Shown: in pieces, positions 1 to 9,390 of the stretch | Position numbering within the stretch: the first letter of the stretch is position 1 | Layout: every line of letters begins with the position of its first letter | DNA from: Candidatus Latescibacterota bacterium | Lineage (GTDB): Bacteria > Krumholzibacteriota > Krumholzibacteriia > WVZY01 > JAKEHA01 | NCBI GenBank assembly: GCA_963761125.1 | Contig: CAVXFV010000004.1 | Location: forward strand, 264,544-328,543 | DNA: 64,000 bases | Direction: 5' to 3' | Program-made: the position numbers and the translations under genes | The notes under the pieces: generated by a model | What the model saw: only the letters and a program-made list of their open reading frames with translations | Told to the model about the DNA's origin: nothing | The model's database searches: none

Positions 1-2161
1 CGCGCGCGGCGCGTGAGGATCGGGAACCTCGAAGACGATCTCGCGCAACTCGCCGAGTGCGACTGGGTGCTCGAGGCGATCGTCGAAAAGCTCGCGATCA
101 AACAGGCGCTCTTCGAGAAGATCGCGCCGCATCTGCGCGACGGCGTAATCGTCACGTCGAACACGTCGGGGCTCTCGATCACCGACATGGCGGCGGCGAT
201 GCCGGAGGCGCTGCGCCCGCGCTTTCTCGGTACGCACTTCTTCAACCCGCCACGTTACCTGCACCTGCTGGAATTGGTCCCGCACGCGGGCACCGATCCC
301 GCCGTGCTCGCCTTCATGCGCGAGTTCGGCGACGCCGTGCTGGGCAAGGGCGTGGTGGTGGCGCGCGACACCCCCAACTTCATCGCCAATCGCGTCGGGA
401 CGTTCACGGTGATGTCGGCGATTCGCGCGATGCTCGACGGCGGCTACACCGTCGAAGAAGTCGACGCGCTGACCGGCCGGCTGCTGGGTCGGCCCAAGAG
501 CGCGACGTTCCGCACCGCCGACCTCGTCGGCCTCGACATTCTCGTGCACGCGTCTGCGACGGTCTACGACCGCGCGACCGGCGACGAGAAACGCGACTAT
601 TTCAAGGCGCCGCCGTTGCTCGAGAAGATGCTCGAGGCCGGCATGCTGGGCGACAAGACCGGCAAGGGCTTCTACCAGAAATCCGCGGCGAGAAGGGCTC
701 CAGAGATCCAGACGCTCGACCTCGACACGCTGACGTACCGCGCCAAACAGTCGGCGAAGTTCCCATCGCTCGAAATGGCGAAGGTCCTGGAGAACCTGGG
801 CGAGCGCGTGCGCGCGGTGATCGCGGGGAAAGACCGCGCCGCCGCGTTCGTGTGGCGCACGTTGTCCGAGACATTCCTTTACAGCGCCGCGCGTCTGGGC
901 GAAGTCTCCGACGACGTGCTTTCCATCGACCGCGCGATGCGCTGGGGGTTCGGTTGGGAGCTGGGTCCGTTCGAATTGTGGGACGCGGTCGGCGTCGAGA
1001 AGACGGTGGAGCGCATGGTCGCCGAAGGCATGGCGATTCCGCCCGCGGTCGAAGCGGTGCTCAAGACGCCGTCGAAGGCGTTCTACCGGCGCGACGACGC
1101 CACGAAAACGTTCCAGTTCCTCCGCGGCGACTGGGCCGCGGTGGAGGCGCCACCGGCGACGATCGATCTCGCGGCGCTCAAGGCCGCGGGGAAGACCGTC
1201 AAGAAGAACGCGGGCGCGAGTCTGGTCGACATCGGAGACGGCGCGCTGTGCCTCGAGTTCCACTCCAAGATGAACGCGATCGGCGCCGACATCCTCTCGA
1301 TGATCATGGCCGGCGTGCGCGAGACCGAGGCCAAGTTCAAGCGCTCGTCGTCGGCAACCAGGGCACGAACTTCTCGGTTGGCGCCAACCTGATGCTGTTG
1401 CTGCTCGAGGCGCGCGAAGGCAACTGGGACGAGATCGACCTCATTGTCCGCCAGTTCCAGAAGGCGACGATGGCGCTCAAGTACTGTCGCAAACCCGTCG
1501 TCGCGGCACCCTTCGGCATGGTGCTCGGCGGCGGCTGCGAAGTCGGCTCGGCGCGCAGCACGCGGTGGCGAGCGCGGAGACGTACATGGGACTGGTGGAA
1601 GTGGGCGTCGGGTTGATCCCGGCCGGCGGCGGCTGCAAAGAACTCGTCATGCGGAATCTCGACGGCCTGCCGCACGTCGACGGCATCGACGTGTTCCCGG
1701 CGGCGCGCGCGGCGTTCGAAACCATCGGTCTGGCGAAAGTCTCGACCAGCGCGGAAGAGGCGTTCGCGACGCGCATGCTGCGCGACGGCGACGCCATCGT
1801 CATGAATCCCGACCGCCTCCTGCATGCGGCCAAGGTCACGGCACTCGCGCTTGCGCGGCGCGGCTACCAGCCGCCCGATCCGGCGCGCGAGATTCCGGTG
1901 GCGGGCGAAGGCGGCGCGGCCGCGATGCGCGCGTCGCTCTACAATATGAAAGAGGGGAAGTACATCTCCGAGTACGACGAACACATCGGCTCGCAGCTCG
2001 CGCGCATTCTCTGCGGCGGCGACGTCCCGGCGGGAACGCTCGTGACCGAGCCGTACCTGCTCAATCTCGAGCGCGAGGTGTTCCTGAAGCTGGTGAGTCA
2101 GAAGAAAACGCAGGACCGCATGCAGTTCATGCTGAAATCGGGGAAACCCTTGAGGAACTAA
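1..2161 (+). pseudogene. fadN: FadN-type bifunctional 3-hydroxyacyl-CoA dehydrogenase / enoyl-CoA hydratase. The 5' end lies outside the window. The frame is broken twice as sequenced (~1338-1342 and ~1545-1549).
   Basis: ORF 13..1392 has the HAD signature ([21 protein letters not shown]). The ECH half continues in two other frames: [21 protein letters not shown], then [23 protein letters not shown] in ORF 1565..2161. Adding one base at each junction (aag[g]cg, ggc[c]tc) gives a continuous protein. The frame is open to base 1. Confidence 0.85.
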
Positions 2162-2811
2162 TGATCGCGGAAGTCGCGACGATCCTGGCGGCGATGCTGG
2201 CCGCCGCCGATCCGCCACCGGAGATGCCGCCCAGTCCGCCCACGGTGCACTGGTCGGCCGGGGTGGATGTCGGACTCGCCACCGATTTCGACGATTCGGG
2301 ATTGTGGTCCAACGGGTACGCGGCGGGGGTGTCGGGTTACTGGTCGGTGAATGGCGCGGTGTCGGTGGGGATGCGGTTCGGGATCGAGCACTGGTCGTAC
2401 AATCAAGCTTCGGTGCTGAGGCAACTGGTGCCGCCGAGCGCGACGATCGTCACCGAAACGTCGACCGGATCGGTTCAGTTGCTCGAGTTCTCGCCGTTCG
2501 TGCGCTACTGGCGCGAAGGGATCGTCGGACCCAAAGCGGGGGGATTCCTCCAGGCCTCGATGGAATTCGCGTATGTCAATCCTTACGCGTTGACGCAGGT
2601 CGTGTACGACGACGGTGCGCGGGGCGGACAGGCGACGTTCGAGATCAACGAATCGGCGTGGCGGCCCGCCGTCTGGGGCGCCGCCGGGTTGACGTTCGAA
2701 GTGTCGGATCAGTCATGGATCGAGTTGTTTCCGTCGGTTCGTGTGATCTTCGAGAACGGCGGGACGAAGGAATTGTGGGCGTTCTCGGTTGGATTCAAGA
2801 TGAGGGTGTGA
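2161..2811 (+). CDS. hypothetical small outer-membrane beta-barrel-like protein nested between fadN and fadA
   Basis: ATG 2161 overlaps the fadN stop (TAATG), and the ORF ends 1 nt before the fadA start. It is the C-terminal part of ORF 1444..2811. Gly/aromatic alternating segments ([34 protein letters not shown]) suggest a beta-barrel. No family recognised. Confidence 0.5.
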   Translation: MIAEVATILAAMLAAADPPPEMPPSPPTVHWSAGVDVGLATDFDDSGLWSNGYAAGVSGYWSVNGAVSVGMRFGIEHWSYNQASVLRQLVPPSATIVTETSTGSVQLLEFSPFVRYWREGIVGPKAGGFLQASMEFAYVNPYALTQVVYDDGARGGQATFEINESAWRPAVWGAAGLTFEVSDQSWIELFPSVRVIFENGGTKELWAFSVGFKMRV

Positions 2812-2812
2812 C

Positions 2813-3991
2813 ATGAGAGACGCATATATCGTATCCGCCGTGCGGACGCCGGTCGGGCGCGCGTTCAAAGGCACGCTTCGCGACACGCGCCCCGACGAAC
2901 TCGCCGCGATGGTGATCCGCGAGGCGCTGGCGCGCGTGAAGGGACTGAGCGCCGAGCGCGTCGAGGACGTCGTGCTCGGGTGCGCGATGCCGGAAGGCGA
3001 ACAGGGACTCAACGTGGCGCGTCTGGCACTCCTGCGCGCCGGACTTCCGATCACGACCAGCGGCGTCACCGTCAATCGCTTCTGTTCGTCGGGCCTGCAG
3101 GCGATCCACGACGCCACCGCGCGTATCCGTCTGGGCGAAGCCGAGGTGATGATCGCCGGCGGCGTCGAATCGATGAGCATGATTCCGATGGGCGGAAACA
3201 AGGTCTCGCCGGATCCCGCGCTCCAGCGCGACATGCCCGCGGCGTACATCAGCATGGGCAACACGGCGGAGAACGTGGCGGAGAAATTCAACGTGTCGCG
3301 CGAAGAGCAGGACGCGTTCGCGCTGCGCTCGCACCGGCGTGCCGCCGCGGCGATCAAAGAAGGCAAGTTCAAAGACGAGATCCTTCCGGTGACCGTGGTC
3401 GAGAAAACGATCGATGAAAAGAACAAGCTGCAGAGCCGCGAGATCGTCTTCGACACCGACGAGGGCGTGCGCATGGACACGTCGCTCGAGGCGCTGGCGG
3501 CGCTCAAGCCCGTGTTCCGCGCGGGCGGCAGCGTCACGGCGGGGAATTCCTCGCCGATGAGCGACGGCGCGTCGGCGCTCGTGCTGGTCTCCGAAGACGT
3601 GGTCGAAGAACTCGGCCTCACCCCGATGGGCAAGCTGGTCGCGTTCGCGACCGCGGGCGTCGAACCCGAGCTGATGGGCATCGGCCCGACGGTGGCGGTG
3701 CCGAAGGTGCTCGAGCAGGCGGATTTGTCGATCGGCGAGATCGGGTTGATCGAGTTGAACGAAGCTTTCGCGTCGCAGTCCGTGTACGTCGCGAAAAATC
3801 TCGGCATCCGCGACGACCAGCTCAACGTCAACGGCGGCGCGATCGCGCTGGGACATCCGCTGGGATGCACGGGCGCCAAACTCTCCACCACCCTGCTCTA
3901 CGAAATGCGACGCCGCAACGTCGAGTACGGCATCGTCACCATGTGCATCGGCGGCGGCATGGGCGCCGCGGGTGTGTTCCAGCGCGCGTAG
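2813..3991 (+). CDS. fadA: acetyl-CoA C-acyltransferase (3-ketoacyl-CoA thiolase)
   Basis: 392 aa with thiolase motifs [11 protein letters not shown] (active-site Cys), [23 protein letters not shown] and CIGGGMG. Confidence 0.95.
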   Translation: MRDAYIVSAVRTPVGRAFKGTLRDTRPDELAAMVIREALARVKGLSAERVEDVVLGCAMPEGEQGLNVARLALLRAGLPITTSGVTVNRFCSSGLQAIHDATARIRLGEAEVMIAGGVESMSMIPMGGNKVSPDPALQRDMPAAYISMGNTAENVAEKFNVSREEQDAFALRSHRRAAAAIKEGKFKDEILPVTVVEKTIDEKNKLQSREIVFDTDEGVRMDTSLEALAALKPVFRAGGSVTAGNSSPMSDGASALVLVSEDVVEELGLTPMGKLVAFATAGVEPELMGIGPTVAVPKVLEQADLSIGEIGLIELNEAFASQSVYVAKNLGIRDDQLNVNGGAIALGHPLGCTGAKLSTTLLYEMRRRNVEYGIVTMCIGGGMGAAGVFQRA

Positions 3992-4108
3992 CGCCGGGGA
4001 CCGTCGAAAATTCTGGACGAATCGGGTGCATCTGGGTTGGAATGAGACCCGCCCGCGGCACGCGTGCCGCATTAGCCCCTGACAGCAGGTTTAAAAAAGG
4101 GAGAGACG

Positions 4109-4849
4109 ATGAAGCGAATCGCCTTACTGATCTTGAGTGTTTTCCTCGCTGGAGCGTTCTACGCGTGCAGCGGCTCCGACGGTGCGAACGGTGTTGCCGG
4201 TGCGCCGGGGAAACCGCAACCGGTGAAAGTGGTCATGCTCGGCTCCGACAATAGCGGCGCCGCGGCGCGGGTGTTGTGGTTCAATGCGACCGGCAAACTG
4301 CCCCAGGGCTCGACAATCAACTACATCAACGTGGCGGATTCGATTCCACCGGTGTCGGAGCTTCAGAAGTATAATTGTGGCGTTCTCTACACGAACAATA
4401 CCGCCACCGACCCGGTCGCGCTCGGCAATCGGATGGCCGACTGGGTCGACGCGGGCGGCAAGCTGGTCGTCCTTCAGGCCGCTTTCAGCAACCCGTACTC
4501 CATCACCGGGCGCCTGATGAACGCGGCCTACTCGCCGCTTACCGTCGCCGCAGCGGCCGGAGATGGTGCGGACAAGACGCTCGATCTTTCGACGATCGCG
4601 TTCCCGCTGCACAAGATCTTCGTCGGAATCGATCTCCCGGGCTATGTGCGCCCTGGTGTCGTTAACTACTCCGTCCCCGGGGTGCAGAGCAACGCGACCG
4701 TACTCGCCAGCTTCAACGGCGGGCTCGTAGCGGTGGCGATCAACGCCAACAAGACCATCATTGCGATCAACGACTTCCCGGGGTCTTCGACCGAGTCGGT
4801 GAACGCCCTCGCGGCGAACTGCGTGATGTACCTGTCCGGAAAAATCTGA
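4109..4849 (+). CDS. hypothetical lipoprotein
   Basis: Lipobox signal MKRIALLILSVFLAGAFYAC, purine-rich RBS upstream, lower G+C than flanks. No family recognised. Confidence 0.7.
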   Translation: MKRIALLILSVFLAGAFYACSGSDGANGVAGAPGKPQPVKVVMLGSDNSGAAARVLWFNATGKLPQGSTINYINVADSIPPVSELQKYNCGVLYTNNTATDPVALGNRMADWVDAGGKLVVLQAAFSNPYSITGRLMNAAYSPLTVAAAAGDGADKTLDLSTIAFPLHKIFVGIDLPGYVRPGVVNYSVPGVQSNATVLASFNGGLVAVAINANKTIIAINDFPGSSTESVNALAANCVMYLSGKI

Positions 4850-4859
4850 CCGTCCATGT

Positions 4860-4895
4860 GGCGGGACGGCGCCCGGACGGCGTCGTCCCGCCTTT
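4860..4895 (+). terminator. candidate intrinsic terminator after the lipoprotein gene
   Basis: 9-bp GC stem ggcgggacg (4860-4868) / cgtcccgcc (4884-4892), 15-nt loop, then TTT. It overlaps the RBS region of the DinB gene. Confidence 0.4.
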
Positions 4896-4906
4896 GGAGC
4901 CTTTCC

Positions 4907-5380
4907 ATGGAGATGAAGCAGTACCTCGTCGACACGTTCATGTTCAACGATCGCGCGAACCGTCAGGTTCTGGAGAAGATCGTGGAACTCCCCGAGCGCG
5001 AACAGAGCGTCAAGTTTTTCAGCCATCTCATCAACTCGCAGAACAAGTGGCTCGCGCGAATCCAGCAGTACCCCCGCGATCCGGGTCTTGACTGGTGGAC
5101 GCCCGTCTACAAACTCGAAGACCTCGCCCGTGAATGGGACACGAGCCTGCGCGCCTGGCTGGAATTTCTGGACGGCAAGAGCGAGGACGACCTGATGGCG
5201 CCGGTCAAGTGGGTCGGATTCGATGGCGCGGAGTGGACGGCGCCGCTCAAGGACATCGCGCTCCAGTTGAACTACCACTCGATCCATCATCGCGCGCAGA
5301 TTCAGTCGTTGATCCGCGCACAGGGATTCAAGCCCGACTTCGTCGACTACATCGGGACGGTTTACCGCAAGCTCGGCTAG
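4907..5380 (+). CDS. DinB family protein
   Basis: Start moved to ATG 4907, with GGAG 7 nt upstream. DinB-like helical bundle pattern including LNYHSIHHRAQI. Confidence 0.8.
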   Translation: MEMKQYLVDTFMFNDRANRQVLEKIVELPEREQSVKFFSHLINSQNKWLARIQQYPRDPGLDWWTPVYKLEDLAREWDTSLRAWLEFLDGKSEDDLMAPVKWVGFDGAEWTAPLKDIALQLNYHSIHHRAQIQSLIRAQGFKPDFVDYIGTVYRKLG

Positions 5381-5385
5381 CGCGT

Positions 5386-7082
5386 CTACCGCGCGAGTAC
5401 CATCTTGCGTGTGACTGTCTCGCTGCCCGCGTGGACGCGATAGAAGTACACGCCGCTCGGTAACGCGCGGGCGTGGTCGTCGCGGCCGTCGAACGCGAGC
5501 CGCATCTCTCCGGCTTCGACCGTTCCCATCTCGATGTCGCGCACGCGGCGCCCCGCGGCGTCGAAGATCTCCACACTCACGGGTTCTTCTTGGCGGAGCG
5601 TGAGCTCCATCGCCGTTCCGGCGGAGAACGGATTGGGATAGTTGGGAGAAAGCATGAGCGCGGACGCGGACGGCGTGTTGTGGACGCCGGTCGGGATCGA
5701 CCCGCCGGGACCGACGCGCTGGGCGTAGATGTCCTGGTCGCTGTTTTGCCGGTCGAAGTAGGCGACGATCGCACCGCCAACGCCGTTGGCGACGATCGCC
5801 GGGGCGTACTGATCGTTCGGTGCCGTCTCGAGCGCCACGCCGTCGGCGGTCCACTGAACTACGCCGGATGCGTCGACCCGTTGCGCGTAGACGTCCTCGT
5901 CGCTGCCGCGCGAGTCGGTCCATGAGACGATCGCGCCACCGGAACCGTCGGCATCGATCGCCGGCTGCGCCTGGTTGTGGATGGCGGCGCACAGGGCGAC
6001 GCCGTTCGCCGCCCACAGGGCTGCCCCCGTCGGATCGATCCGCTGCGCATAGATGTTGTCGTCGTTGTAGGCCGCCCGGTAGTCCTCCCAGGTGACGATC
6101 GCGCCGCCGGCCCCGTCGGATGCGATCACGGGCGACAGCTGGTCGGCCGTCGCGGTGCAGACGACGGCGCCGTTCGCCGCCCATTGCACCGCTCCCGGCG
6201 CATTCACGCGCTGCGCGTAGATGTCCGCGGTCGTTCCCCCGCGGTAGTCCTGCCAGGTCACGATCGCGCCGCCGGCGCCGTCGGTGGTGATCTTCGGGAT
6301 CGATTGATTGGCGGTCGCGGTGCACAGGGCAACGCCGTTCGCGGCCCACTGGACCGCGCCGGACGCGTCGATTCGCTGCGCGTAGATGTTCGCGTCGCTG
6401 GTGGAGGCGCGGTAGTCGTACCACGTGACGATGGCCCCGCCGGCGCCGTCCGAAACGATGGTCGGGCTCCACTGACTGTTGACGGCGTTGCACAGGACGA
6501 CGCCGTCGGTCGTCCACTGCACCCCACCCGACGCGTCGATCCGCTGGACGTAGATGTTGAGGTTGGTGAAGCCGAGGCGGGCGTCTTCCCACGCGACGAT
6601 CGCGCCCCCGGCGCCGTCCGACGCGATGGCCGGGGCCGCCTGGTAGTCGGTGGCAGTGCACAGGGCGACTCCGTTGGCGGTCCATAGCGCGGCCCCCGAC
6701 GCATCGATTCGTTGCACGTAGATGTCGGCGGCGTCGTTTCGGGAGTCGTCCCACGCCACGATCATTCCGCCGGCGCCGTCGGAGACGACGACCGGGTCGC
6801 CCTGGCTGTTGGCCGCGGTGCAGAAGGCGATGCCGTTCGTCGTCCACTGCGCGACGCCCTGGCCGTCGACCCGCTGGGCGTAGAGGTCGGAAGAACTCCC
6901 CCCCGGAAGTCCCACCACGTGACGAATACGCCTCCGAGCCCGTCGGCAAGCAGTTCGGGGCGGTACTGGTCGCCGGTGGCGACGCAGATGGGGTCACCGC
7001 CGGCGGGCCAACTGGCGTGCGTTACGCCGGGTTGCAACAGGGACAGGAGTGCGCAAAGGAGAAGGGCGAAGCGGGTTTTCAT
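5386..7082 (-). pseudogene. DIYAQR-repeat secreted protein with T9SS-type C-terminal domain, paralogue A; one frame break at a G7 tract (plus-strand C7, 6898-6904)
   Basis: Signal peptide MKTRFALLLCALLSLLQPGVTHA (ATG 7082, GGAGG 8 nt upstream) is in ORF 6762..7256. The body is in ORF 5386..6918. There are eight D/N-I-Y-A/V-Q-R units. CTD: NYPNPFSAGTAMEL...SGVYFYRVHAGSETVTRKMVLAR. G8 instead of G7 would join the two frames (WWDFRGGSSSDLYAQR). Confidence 0.85.
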
Positions 7083-7233
7083 GGTGTCAGCCTCCGAACC
7101 CGGTCCGACAAGCCGTCGGCCGAGGCCAGGTGTGTGGGGCGCGCGCCGTGCAGGCGAAAATGTCTGCCACGGATCGAAGGAATAGGACGGACGCGGTCCC
7201 CGAAAATCACAGAAGGTTTCGGGCTGGGCGGGC

Positions 7234-7268
7234 AAAAAAAGCGAGGAGCCGGACATCCGACTCCTCGC
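7234..7268 (-). terminator. Rho-independent terminator downstream of paralogue B
   Basis: The minus strand reads GCGAGGAG-(12 nt loop)-CTCCTCGC followed by TTTTTTT (plus-strand A7 at 7234-7240). It lies 29 nt after the corrected stop of B (7297). Confidence 0.75.
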
Positions 7269-7296
7269 GCGTGTCTCCGATATTCCGAGTCGCCGC

Positions 7297-8989
7297 CTAC
7301 CGGTCGATCACCATCTTCCGCGCGACAGTCTCATTGCCGGCGTGCACGCGATAGAAGTACACGCCGCTGCGCAGTGGCCGGCCGCTTTCGTCGCGACCAT
7401 CGAAGGCGATCGCGTTGGATTCCGGCGCTCTCGTGGCCGAGGTCGAGGTGCCGCACCCGGTGGCCGGCAACGTCGAACACGTCGACGTTCACGGCGGCAT
7501 CCGCGGGGAGGTCGAGCGTCATCGCGGTCTCGCCCGAAAATGGATTGGGATAGTTCGCCGAGAGAGCCATCGCGGGTGCGCGCGGGGTGTCGTGAACCAC
7601 CGTCGGCACCAGGCCGCTGGAGCCGATGCGTTGGGCATAGATGTCTCCACCGCTGCCGCTCCGATAGTCTCCCCACGCGACAATCGCGCCACCGGAAGCG
7701 TCCGCGGTGACGACGGCAAAGGACTGCTGGCCCGCGGCGGTTTCCAGCGCGATCCCGTCGGTCGTCCACGAAATGTCTCCCGATGCCGTGATCCGCTGGG
7801 CGTAGATGTTGTAGGGGTCAGTGCTACCGCGGCCGTCGCCCCACGCGATGATCGCGGTGCCGCCTCCGTCCGCGGCAATCCCCGGCTGGAACTGGCCGCC
7901 CGCGGTGGTGCAGATCGCGATGCCGTCCGGCGTCCACTGGGCCACCCCGGACGCGCTGAACCGCTGCGCGTAGATGTCGCCGGAGGCGTCGTCTCGGGCA
8001 TCTTGCCACGCGATCATGGCGCCACCGCTTCCGTCCGCACCGATCGTCGGAACGGTTTGATCGTTCGCAGCGGTCGAGATCGCGACCCCGTCGGTCGTCC
8101 CTTGCGGGTTGCCCGAGGCGTCGATCCGGCGCGCGTAGATATCGCCGTCACCGTTGCGGTAGTCTTCCCATGCCACGATCGCCCCGCCGGCATCGTCGGA
8201 GACGATGGCGATGTTGTAGCGATCGCTCGCTGCCGTGCAGAGCGCGACGCCGTCGGCGGACCACTGGGACGCACCGGACCCGTCGATTTTCTGCGCATAG
8301 ATGGCGCCGTCGGTGCCGGCGCGATAGTCGTACCACGCGACGATGGCCCCGAGGTTCCCGTCCGATACGATCGCGGGGTCATCCTGATAGCCGGTGGCCG
8401 AACAGACGAGGACGCCGTCGGCGGTCCACTGCGGCACACCCGTCGCGCTGATCCGCTGGACGTAGATGTCGCTTTCGGGGCCTCGATAATCGGTCCACGC
8501 GATGATCGCGCCACCAAACCTCTCCGCGATGATCGCCGGACTGTACTGATCGTGCGCTTCGGAGCACACGGCGACGCCGTCGGTCGCCCAGGCGACGGTT
8601 CCCGTCTTGAAGATCCGCTGGGCGTAGATGTCGTTGTTGGTACTGCTCCGATAATCGTTCCATACCACGATTGCCCCGCCGAGTCCGTCCCCCACGATCA
8701 GGGGGTGGCACTGGTCGTCCACCGGGGTCGACACCGGGACTCCGTCTGGCGTCCACAACGCCACGCCCGCCGGGCTCATCCGCTGCACATAGACGTCGAA
8801 GTTGGAGCCGCTTCGATGGTCCTGCCACGTGATGAGCGCGCCGTTGCTGCCGTCCGAGGAAATCGTGACGAATTCCTGGGCGCCCGTGGCGGTGGTCACG
8901 GGGACACCGTCGGGTGCCCATTGCGCGAGCACGGGTGTGGCGAGGATGAACGCTAGCAGCACAGCGGGACACAATAACCGGATATTCAT
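7297..8989 (-). pseudogene. DIYAQR-repeat secreted protein, paralogue B; frame break in the C-terminal sorting domain (~7405-7425)
   Basis: ORF 7331..8989 ends in the aberrant tail ...GIQRDRLRWSRRKRPATAQRRVLLSRARRQ. Shifting one base after GIQ restores AIAFDGRDESGRPLRSGVYFYRVHAGNETVARKMVIDR with stop at 7297-7299. Signal peptide MNIRLLCPAVLLAFILATPVLAQW. Confidence 0.8.
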
Positions 8990-9390
8990 CTGCGGCCTCC
9001 AGGGGCGACGAACGCGCGGTGTCGGCGACCGCCATGTTGAAAGAAGCGGCGCCCGGCCGACGGTGCGGGCGCGCGGACTCGATGTCTCTACCGGTCGATG
9101 ACCATCTTGCGCGTGACCGCTTCACGTCCGGCGTGCACGCGATAGAAATACACGCCACTCGGGAGTGCGTGCGCGGCGTCGTCCATCCCGTCGAACACGA
9201 GCCGCGACTCGCCCGCCTGCAGGCGGCCGACTTCGATCTCGCGCACGCGGCGACCGGCCACATCGAAGACCTCGACGCGCACGGGTTCCGCGTCGCGCAA
9301 GGTGAGGTCGATCGTCGTGGCGGCGGAGAATGGATTGGGATAGTTCGCCGAGAGCGCGATCGTGGACGCGGACGGCGTATCGTGAACGCC
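8978..9390. repeat. ~410-nt direct repeat, copy 1 (5' end and leader of B + C-terminal domain of C)
   Basis: Manual alignment with 10768-11180 shows about 15 substitutions and one 1-nt indel. Confidence 0.8.
9016..9063 (-). promoter_or_regulatory. conserved bipartite leader motif, copy 1 (upstream of paralogue B)
   Basis: Plus strand: GCGGTGTCGGCGACCGCC (9016-9033), 18 nt, CCCGGCCGACGG (9052-9063). The first element lies 26 nt from the start codon. Confidence 0.5.

Noticed and set aside
4055-4070. Perfect 16-nt palindrome GCGGCACGCGTGCCGC after fadA, as a possible terminator.
   Set aside because: It has no loop and no downstream T-tract. It could be an operator for the 4109 gene, but it is a single occurrence with nothing to support a call.
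4124-6997. 957-aa minus-strand ORF. Similar very long ORFs overlap real genes at 7415..8956 +, 9019..10752 +, 10646..12748 +, 12712..13938 +, 16929..19055 +, 18703..20952 -, 25868..27295 -, 54022..55854 - and 57358..59985 -.
   Set aside because: They are Arg/Gly/Pro/Asp-rich low-information translations in alternative frames of well-supported genes. They lack motifs and plausible starts. Such open frames are the expected artefact of ~70% G+C DNA.
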